Position numbers and translations under genes: made by a program
Notes under the pieces: generated by a model
Databases searched by the model: none
Seen by the model: only the letters and a program-made list of their open reading frames with translations
Told to the model about the DNA's origin: nothing
In this document: positions 1-11,058 of the stretch, in pieces
Layout: the number at the start of each line of letters is the position of its first letter
Numbering within the stretch: position 1 is the first letter of the stretch
From: Podarcis cretensis
Taxonomy: Eukaryota
Direction of reading: 5' to 3'
DNA length: 64,000 nt
NCBI GenBank assembly: GCA_951804945.1
Contig: OX638159.1
Coordinates: 32,178,001 to 32,242,000 of the forward strand

Positions 1-289
1 ACCACCATTTTGACAGCTTTTGCAGCAACAAATACGGCCATGGTGGTTCCTGACAATTCAAAAGCTACTCAAAAAGTACACTGATGGTTCATCGTTCATG
101 TATGTCATTTATTGCAGGCATATTTTGTGTGCTCCTCCATTCCCAGCTCCTTTAGTCAAAGGTAACATGTTCATACCAGGGATACACGGCAACATTTTGT
201 TTGGGGTCCCCATGGACTCATAATAATGATAACCTCCACAGGTCCACAGGATGAGTGTTCATCCTGATTTGGTTGCACAAAATTTGTGG

Positions 290-542
290 GGAGGTAAGAT
301 GGCGTCCGTTATTTATTGAGCATCCATCCTTATTTGTTTGTAGGGACGTTGTGCCAAGTTGCATCTCAAACTTTCCAGCGCATTTCCCCATTGTTTTCCT
401 TATTGTATGAAGTCCACCCTTTGAGAGGGAAGCAGGAGCCCTCGTTGTGCAAGGGTGCCAAATCAACTTTAACTGTGCAATCTGAGTTTGCCAGTTTGTG
501 ATTGAATCTCACCCCGAAACAGTGAAAGTCCAGAAACACCCT
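290..542 (-). mobile_element. Ancient non-autonomous repeat (probable Harbinger-type MITE), copy 1
   Basis: Reverse complement aligns by eye over about 250 bp with 36428-36690 (shared TTAAAGTTGATTTGGCAC core). Confidence 0.55.
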
Positions 543-1053
543 TTGCTGTCACAGGCCATGCTACAGCAACACTAAATTCAGATACATCAATTTCACTCTT
601 GTCTTGACAGCAGTCATAAATGTTTTCCAATGCCGAAGTAGATCAGGGCTGTAGCTCAACATGAGTGAGACTTTCAAACCATGGGGGGAAAAAGTGTTGA
701 GATTTATGTGCCAGTGTCAAGATTTTATTTCTTTCACCAAGTATAACACTTTTCTTACAGACTGTGTGGGTTGCGATGTGAATGGCCATCAGTATGAACT
801 TATGGTCAATGTACTGCAAGGCAACACCTCTTTGTCAGAATACTGGTTCAATCCAATTTTATTAAGTTATAGGAGGATTTTTAAAAAGAAGTGTGTGCAT
901 GTGCACACACAAAATATAATATGAAGTTATATCTGAAATGGTTATAACCCAGAATTTTTTTGTGTGTCATGTGATTCTGCTGAACATTGTTGCTTGGCTC
1001 TGAGTAGCAGGATAGTTTTACCACAGTGGCTCATGGTCAGGATAGTTTGGAAC

Positions 1054-1188
1054 CATGCTATTTTTCTAGAAAAAGAGGTGCCAGAACTCACCACAAACAT
1101 CTTCCTCATTCTCTTAGAATGGCAATGACACCCATCAGAGAGATGCTGGAACTGAGTTCCTATGAGTTCCCCCTGAAAAAAATATCTG
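1054..1188. mobile_element. ~130-bp hAT-type MITE
   Basis: Same family as 39164-39301 and 46090-46200 (TGCTATTTTTCTAGAAAAAGAGGTGCC...GAGTTCC); degenerate 8-bp flanking duplication. Confidence 0.7.
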
Positions 1189-1369
1189 GATTGGAAGCAT
1201 GGCTGCACTGTGCTGGCCCCAGCCAGAAATACACATGATTTGTTCTCATTGCAAAGTTTTGAAAATTAGAGGATATAGTGCCCCATTGTTTCCTCCTCCT
1301 TTCCCCCTCTTACAGAATCACAAAGAGGTGAAAGGACACCCAGTTCAACACCATGCACAAAGGCTAGTC

Positions 1370-1660
1370 CAGTGGTTCTCTGGGCCACCCTTTCAGAATA
1401 AAAATTTGCTTGTGCCACATTTATTTTTTTTACTTGATAAGGAATACACTGGAAAACAAAAAGAAACAACTTCTAGCAGGCCTGAGCTGATAACATAGAA
1501 GAAAAGTACTTTATAATATGATCAAGGGACACTCAGAAAGTATAAAACATTGCAGCTACATAAGAACAGGAATCATTCCCAAAATATAATATTGCTTGTC
1601 GTTGAACCTTCCCACCACACTTGCCACATCCTCTCCTGCCACACCTTTTAAGAACCACTG
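1370..1660. mobile_element. hAT-Charlie-type MITE
   Basis: TIRs CAGTGGTTCT / AGAACCACTG; 8-bp TSD GGCTAGTC / TTCTAGTC. Confidence 0.8.
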
Positions 1661-2993
1661 TTCTAGTCCATCCATGCCCACCACCAGCCTATCCTAACCA
1701 GACCTGTACAGAGAACAGGTTTTGTTAAAAGCAACAAAGCTGTTATTTTAAAAAGGGCTAATTCTGCACTAATGTGAGTTTGCTGTGAAGCCTATGTGGT
1801 TTTCATGCCAGCAGACCACAGTGCAACGTTGCTGGCATATGCCTGCAGGTCTAACGTTGTTACTATCCATGAATACTCTTTTTATTCAGTTGTCTCCTCT
1901 TTCTGTATTATGCCTCCTGATACAGCCTTCCTTTATGCCTAATCTGCCATGCTCTGATCTGGACACCCTCTGTTCAGCACAAATTTTATGTTCCTCTATG
2001 TCTGCATGGAGGTAGCTGTACAACAATGTACATTTTAAACCAATGACATTATAAATCGGCCCTTTAAAAAAAAATCTGCCCAGTGTTAAGGAGGGAAAAA
2101 TGGCCGTGCTTTGTCTGTTGGGTGAATGCCGTTCATTTGAGAAACCTATACAATATTGACTCAATAGCTGCTTCAGTCTGGTGGGTAGAGTATACAACTC
2201 CCAGTGATATAATGTTTTAGTTCTCCTTCTCTGTCTCTCCCCACAATGGAATCGGTGCAGATCAAATTGCCAGATTCAACTGTGTGTTTCCTTGCATTTG
2301 TCCATTTGTGTAAAAATCTGAACAGTTTTTTAAACACAGGGTACTTTGTATTTATGAGCTTAAATATTCTCGCCTTTTCTCTTCTACCATTCTTGGGAGC
2401 TGCTGGAAAGGGGGAAAGTGAACAACTAAACAACACACACAGTGTATATCACGTCTCATTGAAATGCAGCGAGTGTTGTCTGCATCTTAATTCTATTAGA
2501 GCACGGACAATGGATGTATTTGTGTTAGTTACTTTCCCACTTTGAGCTTAAACAAACCAGTCAATGGAAGTCTGGGTGGCAGCAGAATGACATGCTGTGG
2601 ATGACGATGCAGTCAGCAAAATGCTAAATGAAATGTTTGTCCCCAACCCCAATATAGAACTCCCCCTTCCCCCTTGTCTCTCATCACTTTTCATCCAGTT
2701 GGAATCTGTGTGTGTGTGTGTGTGTGTACATGGTCTGAAGGGTCATGTGCTACATTTTGCTTTTGTGCTGTCGTCTGGTGAGAAAACCCCCCAACAAACC
2801 CAAATGTGCCCCATTTTCAAAGGCTACCTGAATCAACTGATGAACATTTGTTCTGCTTCTCCAATTAATATGCCTTATTGGCTGACTAAAGATTCTAGTT
2901 GACAATGGTTGCTGGGTTGAATGACATGCTGTAATTCTCCAGCCAATGCCACTACAGGCTTTTCCCCCTGGATACGATTAGTTTATCATAGTG

Positions 2994-2996
<3 letters not shown>

Positions 2997-3028
<32 letters not shown>
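2997..3028. repeat. (TA)n microsatellite
   Basis: Direct reading. Confidence 0.95.
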
Positions 3029-3030
<2 letters not shown>

Positions 3031-3280
3031 TGGTTTTTTGGGGGGGGCATCCTTAGCCTTTCTGATTATAGAGCAGCTCCAGTTATGGGCCTGTCTTGAT
3101 TGTACCACCCATCTGTTGTTTGTGAGAATACTTTTCCCTAAAGGGAGATGGTTATGTACAGGCAGAATGTACCACCTGTCTATTTGTTCCCCAGATTTCT
3201 CTCTCTCTCTCTTTAAGCTATTAATCAATGCTATTGGGAGGTTCCTAGACGAAAACCTGAGGATTATGTGATTAACTTAC

Positions 3281-3425
3281 TTGTCTTTCTGAAAACTGAT
3301 ATTCACAGGTAAGGAAAACTTGTTTTCAGGATTCACAGAATCAAGTGACAGAAATATCATCTGTTTTCTTTCAGGTAGTTCTTTATGTCGTGATGAGACA
3401 CAACTGAAATTTTCAGAATACCAAG
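3281..3425 (-). other. Candidate 145-nt exon, gene unassigned
   Basis: tgcag| acceptor with weak pyrimidine tract, AA|gtaagt donor; one open frame WYSENFSCVSSRHKELPERKQMIFLSLDSVNPENKFSLPVNISFQKD; no protein recognised. Confidence 0.25.
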
Positions 3426-3985
3426 CTGCATATTAGTTATTAAATAGAATTTCTCTCTCTTTTGAAGAAAACATCATTACCGAATCCTATTAAGATGTGA
3501 GCAATTGAAGTTAAGCTTGAGGTATGTGAGTCATTTGCTCCACAGAAGAAAGTAAGAGTTATAATCTGAATTGGCACTCCCAAGCTCAGAGCAACATGGA
3601 AGAAAAGAGGACGGGAGAAGGTCATATTTGAGAAGATGTCGCTTCATTTGTCACTCACAGTGTTGGGCTTGATTCAAAGGAGAGATGGTCTTGCCACCAA
3701 CACCGTGACACAGGGAAATCAAAATTCCTTTTTGCACTGTAGAAATGTGGGCTACTTCTGCATCTAAGTAGTGGGTGGGGTCATGTTTCTGAACGCAACA
3801 AAACTTCCCTGCTTGTAATTAGCAAGGACATTAGAGAAAAGGGATAAATGTAGCTCAGCTTTCAGCAGCTGGGTGTCCCCAAATGAATTGGACTACAACT
3901 CGCATTTTAACTCTGGTTTTAGCTTATTGGTTTAATTTTTTTATTGTTTTAAATGGTTGGTTTTAACTCTTTATTGATAATTGTA

Positions 3986-4246
3986 CAGTCACACCTCGGG
4001 ATAAATATGCTTCAGGATAAGTATTTTCGGGTTGCCCTCCGTGGCGACCCGAAAGTAACGGAGCGCATTACTTCCAGGTTTCGCCACTTGTGCATGTGCA
4101 GATGGTCAAAATGACGTCATGCGCATGAGCAGAAGCGGCGAAGCGCGATCCATGCACGCACAGACGCGCAGTCACTTCTTACGTTCTATTCAGTATGCGA
4201 ACGGGGCTCCAGATACGGATCCCTTTCGTATCCCAAGGTACCACTG
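3986..4246. mobile_element. Tc1/mariner (pogo/Tigger-like) MITE
   Basis: TA flanks; termini CAGTCACACCTCGG / CCAAGGTACCACTG; related to 10799-11058. Confidence 0.85.
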
Positions 4247-6079
4247 TATTGTTTTGTTCTTTTTCTAAACTGCTTTGAGATTTTTCTTACAACAGCAATA
4301 TCTACATTTTATGAAGTAACTGAATGAAATAAACTTAGTCCTGTCTTTCATGCTGAAGGTTGTTCTAAAAGGAAGGGCTGCATAATGGCTGCTTACCATG
4401 TGAGTGGTGGTTGCGGCCCAATGCTGCGCCCCCCCCCAGCTTGTCCCGCTGCACCATACCATGTTTCTGTTGTGGTGGTGCCCCCCTCGGCTGGCGTGGG
4501 GACTCATGGGTTGCTGCCAAGCCCTCTACTCAAGCAAGCCAATCCATGCTGACTTGGGGGGGGCGTGGCTTGGGGAGTGGACCTGGATGAAGCAGACTTC
4601 ACTCAGGTTCTCTCCCTGGCTATTTATCCCAGCCGGCCCTGCAGCCTGAACTGCCTTGTATTAAAGCTCTTGCTGTGCCGTTTTCATCCTTCACTGAAAT
4701 TCACTCCATCCCAAATCACACAGAATAAGGAACAGTCCTCCTGCAATCTCATTCGCTGAGGCAGTAAGATTATTCACAGTTTGGAGTTATTTAATGTCTT
4801 TTGAACAGAAGCTTTCGAAAAGCTGCTCTCTCCCCTTTTAAAAACTGTTCAAAATCACACCACAGCCAAGATTTCAGAAAGAAAGACTATTTATACATCA
4901 AACCAAAAGGCAAATTACATATTTTATGTTTACAAATTCCAAAGCATTAACTGTGTGTTGTTCGTTGCACTTAAGCTTTGAGATAATGCATCAGGAACAG
5001 CAGCCAGCGTGATTTTATAGAAATGTAAGAGAAACCAGCAAAGAGGTTCTTTTGAAACTTGTTCTGCCCTATCAAGATATGATTAGCTCTGATACCACAG
5101 CCTCTCACACCCCTCAGGGCTGCATTTGGCCTGGTGGACACAAATGGTTCAAGTTTAGGATAAGTCCTTTGAAAAGGTTGACACCTGTCATACTTTATGC
5201 GAGCCTCCCCTGCCATCTGATGGAAGGTGGGTGGAACCAGAGAAGGTGGGGCTTTTTAGGAACATAGCACTGAATTCAACCAACCCCTTATAGCGTAACA
5301 AATTACAGTAACCACAGGTTTGTTTCCATTCCAGTCGAACAGAGACAAAACCTTCAAGAGAGCTCGTAAATTAATCAGTTTATTTAAGTACATTAACATG
5401 GTATGTTCGGCAGCAGGCTTATTTTATTTGTTTATTTAGTAAGATTTATGTACTGCTTGGGGTGTGTGTGGAAAAACCTTCACAGTTTACATAAAATGGT
5501 ATGGCACATTCATTACAAAGAGCAATAAAAAGACTTTGAAAACTGGATAAACTTCATAAAACAATCAAAACATCAATAAAATCAACAGATTTTAAGAAAC
5601 AAATGTACATAATAAAATTACATTTCTGGGTAAGTTTGCCTAAATAAGCACACAGAAAGAGAAACAGGCCTCTCCCATGTAGCGGATATGTCTCCTATTT
5701 GCATTAAAGGGTGAATTTCTTCTTTTCCACAGGAATCAGAGAATGGATGTAGATCAGATCTCCTCAAGCACCCAAGATGATGTTTGATTTTTGGTTCAGT
5801 AGCGATGCAGAGAATGGATCTATTTAATGTATAAAACATACAATAATCTATTTTTAACATTTGCAATCCAGTATGCAAAGATGTTAGAGTACTGGACTAG
5901 GACCTGGGAAACCAGGGGAAAAACAAACTCCTCCCCCTGTATCCTTCTCAATTTGAGACGGACTGTTTGGTGATTTACCTAATCTGTGCTAAGATGCCAA
6001 ATATTTTCAGCATATTGGAACATAGGAAGCTGCTTTACCAAATCAGACAAGTAGTGCATCAACAGAGATATACTGTCCC

Positions 6080-6548
6080 AATCTAGGGAATTAAAAGCAC
6101 CACTCTATTCTGCCTTGGCCAGACCACACCTGGGGTGGATCTACACACAGGGGGAAAAACGCTATAAATAAGTCAGAAATTAGATCGTTATAACAGAATA
6201 AAAAACCAATGTGAAATTGCATAGGAAGGTTTTCTGCTCTACAGTGCCATCTGGTGTCACAGTGTTATAAGGCATATAACATGCTTTTTCTTTACTAATG
6301 TAGCTGAGTCCCTGGAGTACTTCATCTAGTTCAGAGTGCCACAATTTAAGAAGGATGTTGACAAGCTGGAATGTGTGCAGATGATCAAGGGTCAGGAATC
6401 CAAGGCTTATGAGGAATGGTTGAAGGAGTTGGGTATATTTAACTTGCAAAAGAAGAGACTGGGAAAAGATATGGTAGCCACCTTCAAATATCTAAGGGGC
6501 TGTCACATGGAAGATGGAGAAAGCTTGTTTCTTTGTGTTCTGGAGAAA
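6080..6548 (+). mobile_element. CR1 LINE ORF2 3' fragment, interrupted by a MITE
   Basis: Translation PQFKKDVDKLECVQ...YEEWLKELGIFNLQKKRLGKDMVATFKYLRG is typical of the CR1 ORF2 C-terminal region; the YSALARPH motif lies upstream of the insert. Confidence 0.85.
6133..6311. mobile_element. Harbinger-like MITE nested in CR1
   Basis: 3-bp duplication CTG (6130-6132 and 6312-6314); degenerate TIRs GGGTGGATCTACAC / ATGTAGCTGAGTCC; removing it restores CCACACCTGGAGTAC. Confidence 0.7.
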
Positions 6549-7189
6549 AGCTTGTTTTCTCCTGCTCATGCAAGACAGGGATTGAGGGGTGCATGGCTGC
6601 CACGTCCCCACACCGCCCTCCTTGAGCAGCCTTACAAGGCTTGGATCCGGGGGACCATGCCACTTGGGACTGGTTTTGCTCCAGTGGTGGGCTTGTATGA
6701 TTTCGGGAAAGGTTCCCGAGGCTGCTGGTCTTCAGATATTTTGGACTACAACTCCCATCAGCTCCAGCTAGTCCAAATATCTGAAGGATTTTTTTTTTAT
6801 TTGTAAAAACAAGATCTACTCATTTCTGCTGTATTGGTCAACGTTGTCTGCTCACAACTTGTGACTTACCAAGCCAAGCACAGTTCATTAACCATTTGTT
6901 GTAGCCTCCTGACTGCTTGGCAATCTCCCATCAGTTTGTTTTTGTAACTCTAAGCTGATAGGGAAAAACCCATTGAAGTTTGTTAAATGAAGGGGTATCG
7001 TTCAACGGTAGAAGGCAGAAGCTCCTCACTGAATGGGCGGAGCTTCTAGACTATCTTCCCAGCAGGTGGGAGTGTACCATGCTGACCTCCCTGACACCTT
7101 GCTGCTCTCCCTCCCAGTAAGGAAAGTGACCCACCTGCTGGGAAGCTAATGTTGTAGCTTCACTTCACCTGTTGAGGCACTTCTGGGAG

Positions 7190-7350
7190 GATATATGCAC
7201 AGGGCCTAAGTTCAGTCTCCAGCAACTCCAGGTAAGGACTGGGAGAACTGCTATCTGAAACCCCAGAAATTTGCTGCTAGGCAATGCAGATAACACTGAG
7301 AGAGGTGGACCCATGGTTTGATGGGATAAAGTATCTCCAGATGTTCCTAT
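7190..7350 (+). mobile_element. Decayed tRNA-derived SINE (Squam3-like)
   Basis: Same family seen at about 20470-20650, 29755-29860 (-), 40390-40450 and 58760-58885. Confidence 0.55.
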
Positions 7351-7590
7351 GAGAACCTAGTGAATGGCTTTGTTTAGACACCAGCCATGTTTGCATGTAA
7401 CAATAAATCACCAATCCTGGCTTAATAAATCATTGTGGGAATCAGCAACATGCTGGCACACCCAGTTTTTGCTCCTGCTTCAGTTCTCCTTTTTCACAAA
7501 GGGAAGCAAGCAAGGAATGGACAGCGTCATGTGACTTTCAAACTTGGGAATCTGGTTTGCTGCTCCCAGAAAAGCTAGAATTTCTTGTTG

Positions 7591-7775
7591 CTGTCTGTCT
7601 TGAATGACAATGGAGTGTGCCTCTGGGGGCTGCATTAGCAGCCAAAATGACAAGACCACCCCACGCCTTTGTGGATGTGGTCCAAAGAACAGCAGAGCAA
7701 TATGTTTGGCACCAGCTTGGCTGTGGGAGTTGCCAGAAGGAGACGTACAAGACATCATCCAACCATCTTAGGGTA
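7591..7775 (-). mobile_element. Non-autonomous RTE-tailed retroelement, copy 1
   Basis: Homologous to 8097-8385; shares the GACAATGGAGTG terminus with the RTE 3' ends at 23120 and 32650. Confidence 0.6.
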
Positions 7776-8096
7776 CCAAAACTATTCAGGATTCTAAAAG
7801 TAATGACTTTAAAATCACTTTGAATTGTGCTCAGAAACAAGTGGAAGCCCGTGGCAGTTAAACACTAGCACTGTTCAAGTGTGCTGCTCACATGAAGAGA
7901 GGGAATGGCAATGAGAGCACCAAACTCTGCCGGCTGAACGTTTGCTCGTTCTCCATGAATTGGAGGGTGAAGTCTGAAGCAGGGAGCCTCTTCTACATGT
8001 GGAAGCTCACTGCATGATTCAGAACCCCAGAACAAAATGCAGTTCCTATAATTCTTTGTGTGTGAGGGTGGAAGCTTGGACTGTTTAAAGTGGTAT

Positions 8097-8385
8097 GTCG
8101 GCATCCATCTGTCTCAAGAGACAATGGAGTGCACCTCCAGAGGTGAAGTTGAACTACTGGGTGAGCAGCGCAAAAGTGACCTCCCCGGGCCACAAGCCTG
8201 GGCAATGTATATGGAGATCCTGGGCTGCCCAGATGACAAGACCTCAGCTACACTGATGCAGTGGCCCAAAGGAAAGCAGAGCAAATCAATACATTGGGCA
8301 CCTGCTTGGCTGCAGAAGTTGCCAGAATAAGACATGCAAGGCACCATCCAACCGTTTTAGGGACTCTACTCTGGATTTGTGTAGA
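8097..8385 (-). mobile_element. Non-autonomous RTE-tailed retroelement, copy 2
   Basis: 3' end CTCCATTGTCTCTTGAGACAGATGGATGCCGAC matches the RTE tail at 32609-32643. Confidence 0.65.
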
Positions 8386-9399
8386 GCTGCTGCACTTTTA
8401 GAAATGAAACTGGAAAATTGACATAGCAACAGTAGATAAATGAATCAGATTGTCATTCTGGTGCAAAATATTCACATGGCACCAGCTACAGTTAAGTCTA
8501 AAATGATGAAAACCTTAAAAAACCCCACATAAAAATCAAACAAATTTCCAAAACACTGAGGATTCCATTGACTTCTTAAAAATCAAAATCAGATTTTTTC
8601 ACACCTTACTTGTCTTTTACCACCAATACCAATTGACCATTAATTAAACCTTTGCTTTGGAAATGATTTAAGATTTTTTAATGTAGAATTCGGTTGCAGA
8701 AGACAGGGCAAAACATATACCAAAGTGCTAGTTATAGTCCTCAATTAAATCAAACTAATTTTGAAGTAGACTGAAGCAGCTGTCATGTAATTGAAATGTA
8801 CATAACATTTTGTTGATAATGCTCTTGTTTTTGATACGAATGATGAAGCTCTAGCCTACACAAGGCATGAGTCTCAAGTTGAATATGCTGGTTGTAGACA
8901 ACCAAGACTTCCCAAATGCAGGCTGCCAACTACACAAAGAGCAAAGTTTAGTCAAAGTTCATTGGAAGGTCACCCACCAAGTGAAACCATCAATCTAGAA
9001 AACCTCTGAGTAACCTCCACATACTTCCAGACAGGATCTGGCTTCCTTTTTGTGCTTATTAGAGCATGCAACAGTTAATTTGTTCTAAATAGAAAATTAA
9101 ACAGTCATGTAAAGAGTTATATTAGCGACTATAAAGGAGAGCGTCGTGGGCATTTATGAGGTCAGCTTGGAATTCCACAGGATTCAAGTATATTTTAGAA
9201 AGGTTATGTAGATGAAACAAAGTTCTCCTCTTGAGATGGAGATCTTTATCAGCAGTAAGACTCTGAACAATGAATATGCATCTTGGTTTTAAAATTGATT
9301 TTCCTGCTCCTTATAAATGACAGGACAGACACATATAGCAAAATGAGTTGGAAATGAAGCGGCTAAATGGATGGCAACAGTTCAGCTTATAGGCAGAGT

Positions 9400-9590
9400 A
9401 GCCAGTGTGCTGTAATGGTTAGAGGGTTAAGCTTAGGAAGGTCTAGGGAGACCTGGGTTCAAATTGTTGCTAAAACCTAAAGTTTACTGGGCAGCCTTGA
9501 GCCAGGTGAGCTCCCTCTCCCTCTCATTCTCTCTGCCTCACAGATTTCCTGTAAATATAAAAGGGAAGTAAACCATTATGCACCACAGGT
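9400..9590 (+). mobile_element. Old MIR/CORE-like tRNA SINE
   Basis: A/B-box-like head (GTAATGGTTAGAG...GGGTTCAAAT) and core; further copies near 5880, 18680-19140, 38995, 51870 and 58885 (-). Confidence 0.55.
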
Positions 9591-9649
9591 CAAAAGTTTT
9601 ATCTTTGGATGCCAGCATTATTTAGGGTAATCTTTATTGTTTCAAATGA

Positions 9650-9925
9650 AGGCTACTTCCAAGTCCATACCCTGCAACAGAACTTCCCATTTTGATTGTG
9701 GTGATATTGTGCAGTTTCTCAGAGTGATCCCCCCCCAAAGCTGTGATCTTGCATGGTGCCCCAAAACGCACATTTTTGGGTGCTGTGCCTGGAAAAGTGC
9801 CTTTGTGTGTGTGGGGGGGGGGACCATGGTGCCAAATCACACGAGATCACAGCAACCAAAATGCACGATAAAAAATGGGAAGATGGCATCCCAGATTATG
9901 GCTTCAAAGTGTTGGAGGGTACACA
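9650..9925. mobile_element. Palindromic MITE-like element
   Basis: Imperfect inverted arms CTTCCCATTTT...TGTGATCTTG / CGAGATCACA...AAAATGGGAAG. Confidence 0.45.
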
Positions 9926-10798
9926 AGTCCCAACTCTTCCTAGATGCTGTTCCAAATGAAGACATACCCAGCAAAGCCCTTTGGTTCCTGTACACACGGA
10001 TACTTAGAAACACCAGTTACTGTACTGTGTTGCACGCCCTGTGAGAAATTCTTAGAGCCCTCCCTGTGTCTCTAGGCTGAGGATGGAGAACATGTGGCTT
10101 TCCAGATGCTGTTTGACTCCAACTCCCATCTTTCCTGACGGTTGACCATGCTGGCTCTGTCTTATGGGAGTTGGAAACCAACGGCAGCTGCCTACAGGAC
10201 CCCATGCCTGTGCAAAGCCTTTCCATGCGCTTTCTCCCAAAGTCAAGCTGGTCAGCAGTATTTCCTCTCAGGATTGTGTCAGGCCATATCCTTTCCATGG
10301 CAGTGCCTATCAGGAGGTTACGTACATGCAACATAAGCATTCTTCCAAAGGAATATAAACATATCTTTTTTAAAAATCTACATGAAGGGCAATTAAGTGG
10401 TCTACATTCATGCACAGAGTGGCTGAGGGACAAAGAAAGGGGGAAAGAAAGAAAGAAAGAAAGAGAAAGAAAGAAAGAAGCAAATACATAGGCTGCTTCT
10501 TTTCATGAAGCTTCGTATGTCTTCTAATCTAAAAACAGAAGTCAGGTTATTTGAATATGCAATTATATATCTAATTATTCAGGTGTTGTACCTCTCCAGC
10601 TAATAGCAGCATGAATAATCCACAGTGATACTTGTAATGTGCAATGATGATAACACCTCTGATATTTGCTGGCTCAGCTTACATTCTCTTGCTTTTGTGG
10701 GTTCTAAAATAATTTTTGCACAGGAGATTTAACCCTTCAGATAATGGAAATACACAAAGCCAATTGTGGGAATCACATTTATGTTTGTAAAGTCAGCA

Positions 10799-11058
10799 CA
10801 GTGGTACCTTGGGTTACAGACGCTTCAGGTCACATGTTTTCGGGTTGTGCACCATGCCGAACCCAGAGGTACTGGAACGGGTTACTTCCAGGTTTTGGCA
10901 CTCGCACATGCGCAGAAGCACTAAATCGCGCTTTGCACATGCACAGAAGTGCCAAATCACGACCCGTGCATGCGCAGACGCGGAACTGTAGGTTGCGAAC
11001 GCTGTGGATTGTGAATGTGCCTCCCGCACGGATCACGTTCGCAACCCGAGGTTCACTG
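10799..11058. mobile_element. Tc1/mariner (pogo/Tigger-like) MITE
   Basis: TIRs CAGTGGTACCTTGGGTT / AACCCGAGGTTCACTG followed by TA; internal GCATGCGCAGA-like repeats. Confidence 0.85.

Noticed and set aside
469-670. Minus-strand frame LTHVELQP*STSALENIYDCC... suggesting TGA readthrough or selenocysteine
   Set aside because: The distal part runs into an interspersed repeat also present at 36.4 kb; no SECIS or recognisable protein.
1807-1840. miR-130-like CAGTGCAACGTT in a short hairpin
   Set aside because: The stem is too short and the rest does not match a miR-130/301 precursor.
5622-5819. 198-nt minus-strand exon candidate with a 12-bp direct repeat CAGAGAATGGAT
   Set aside because: Weak splice sites, phase incompatible with neighbouring candidates, peptide unrecognised.
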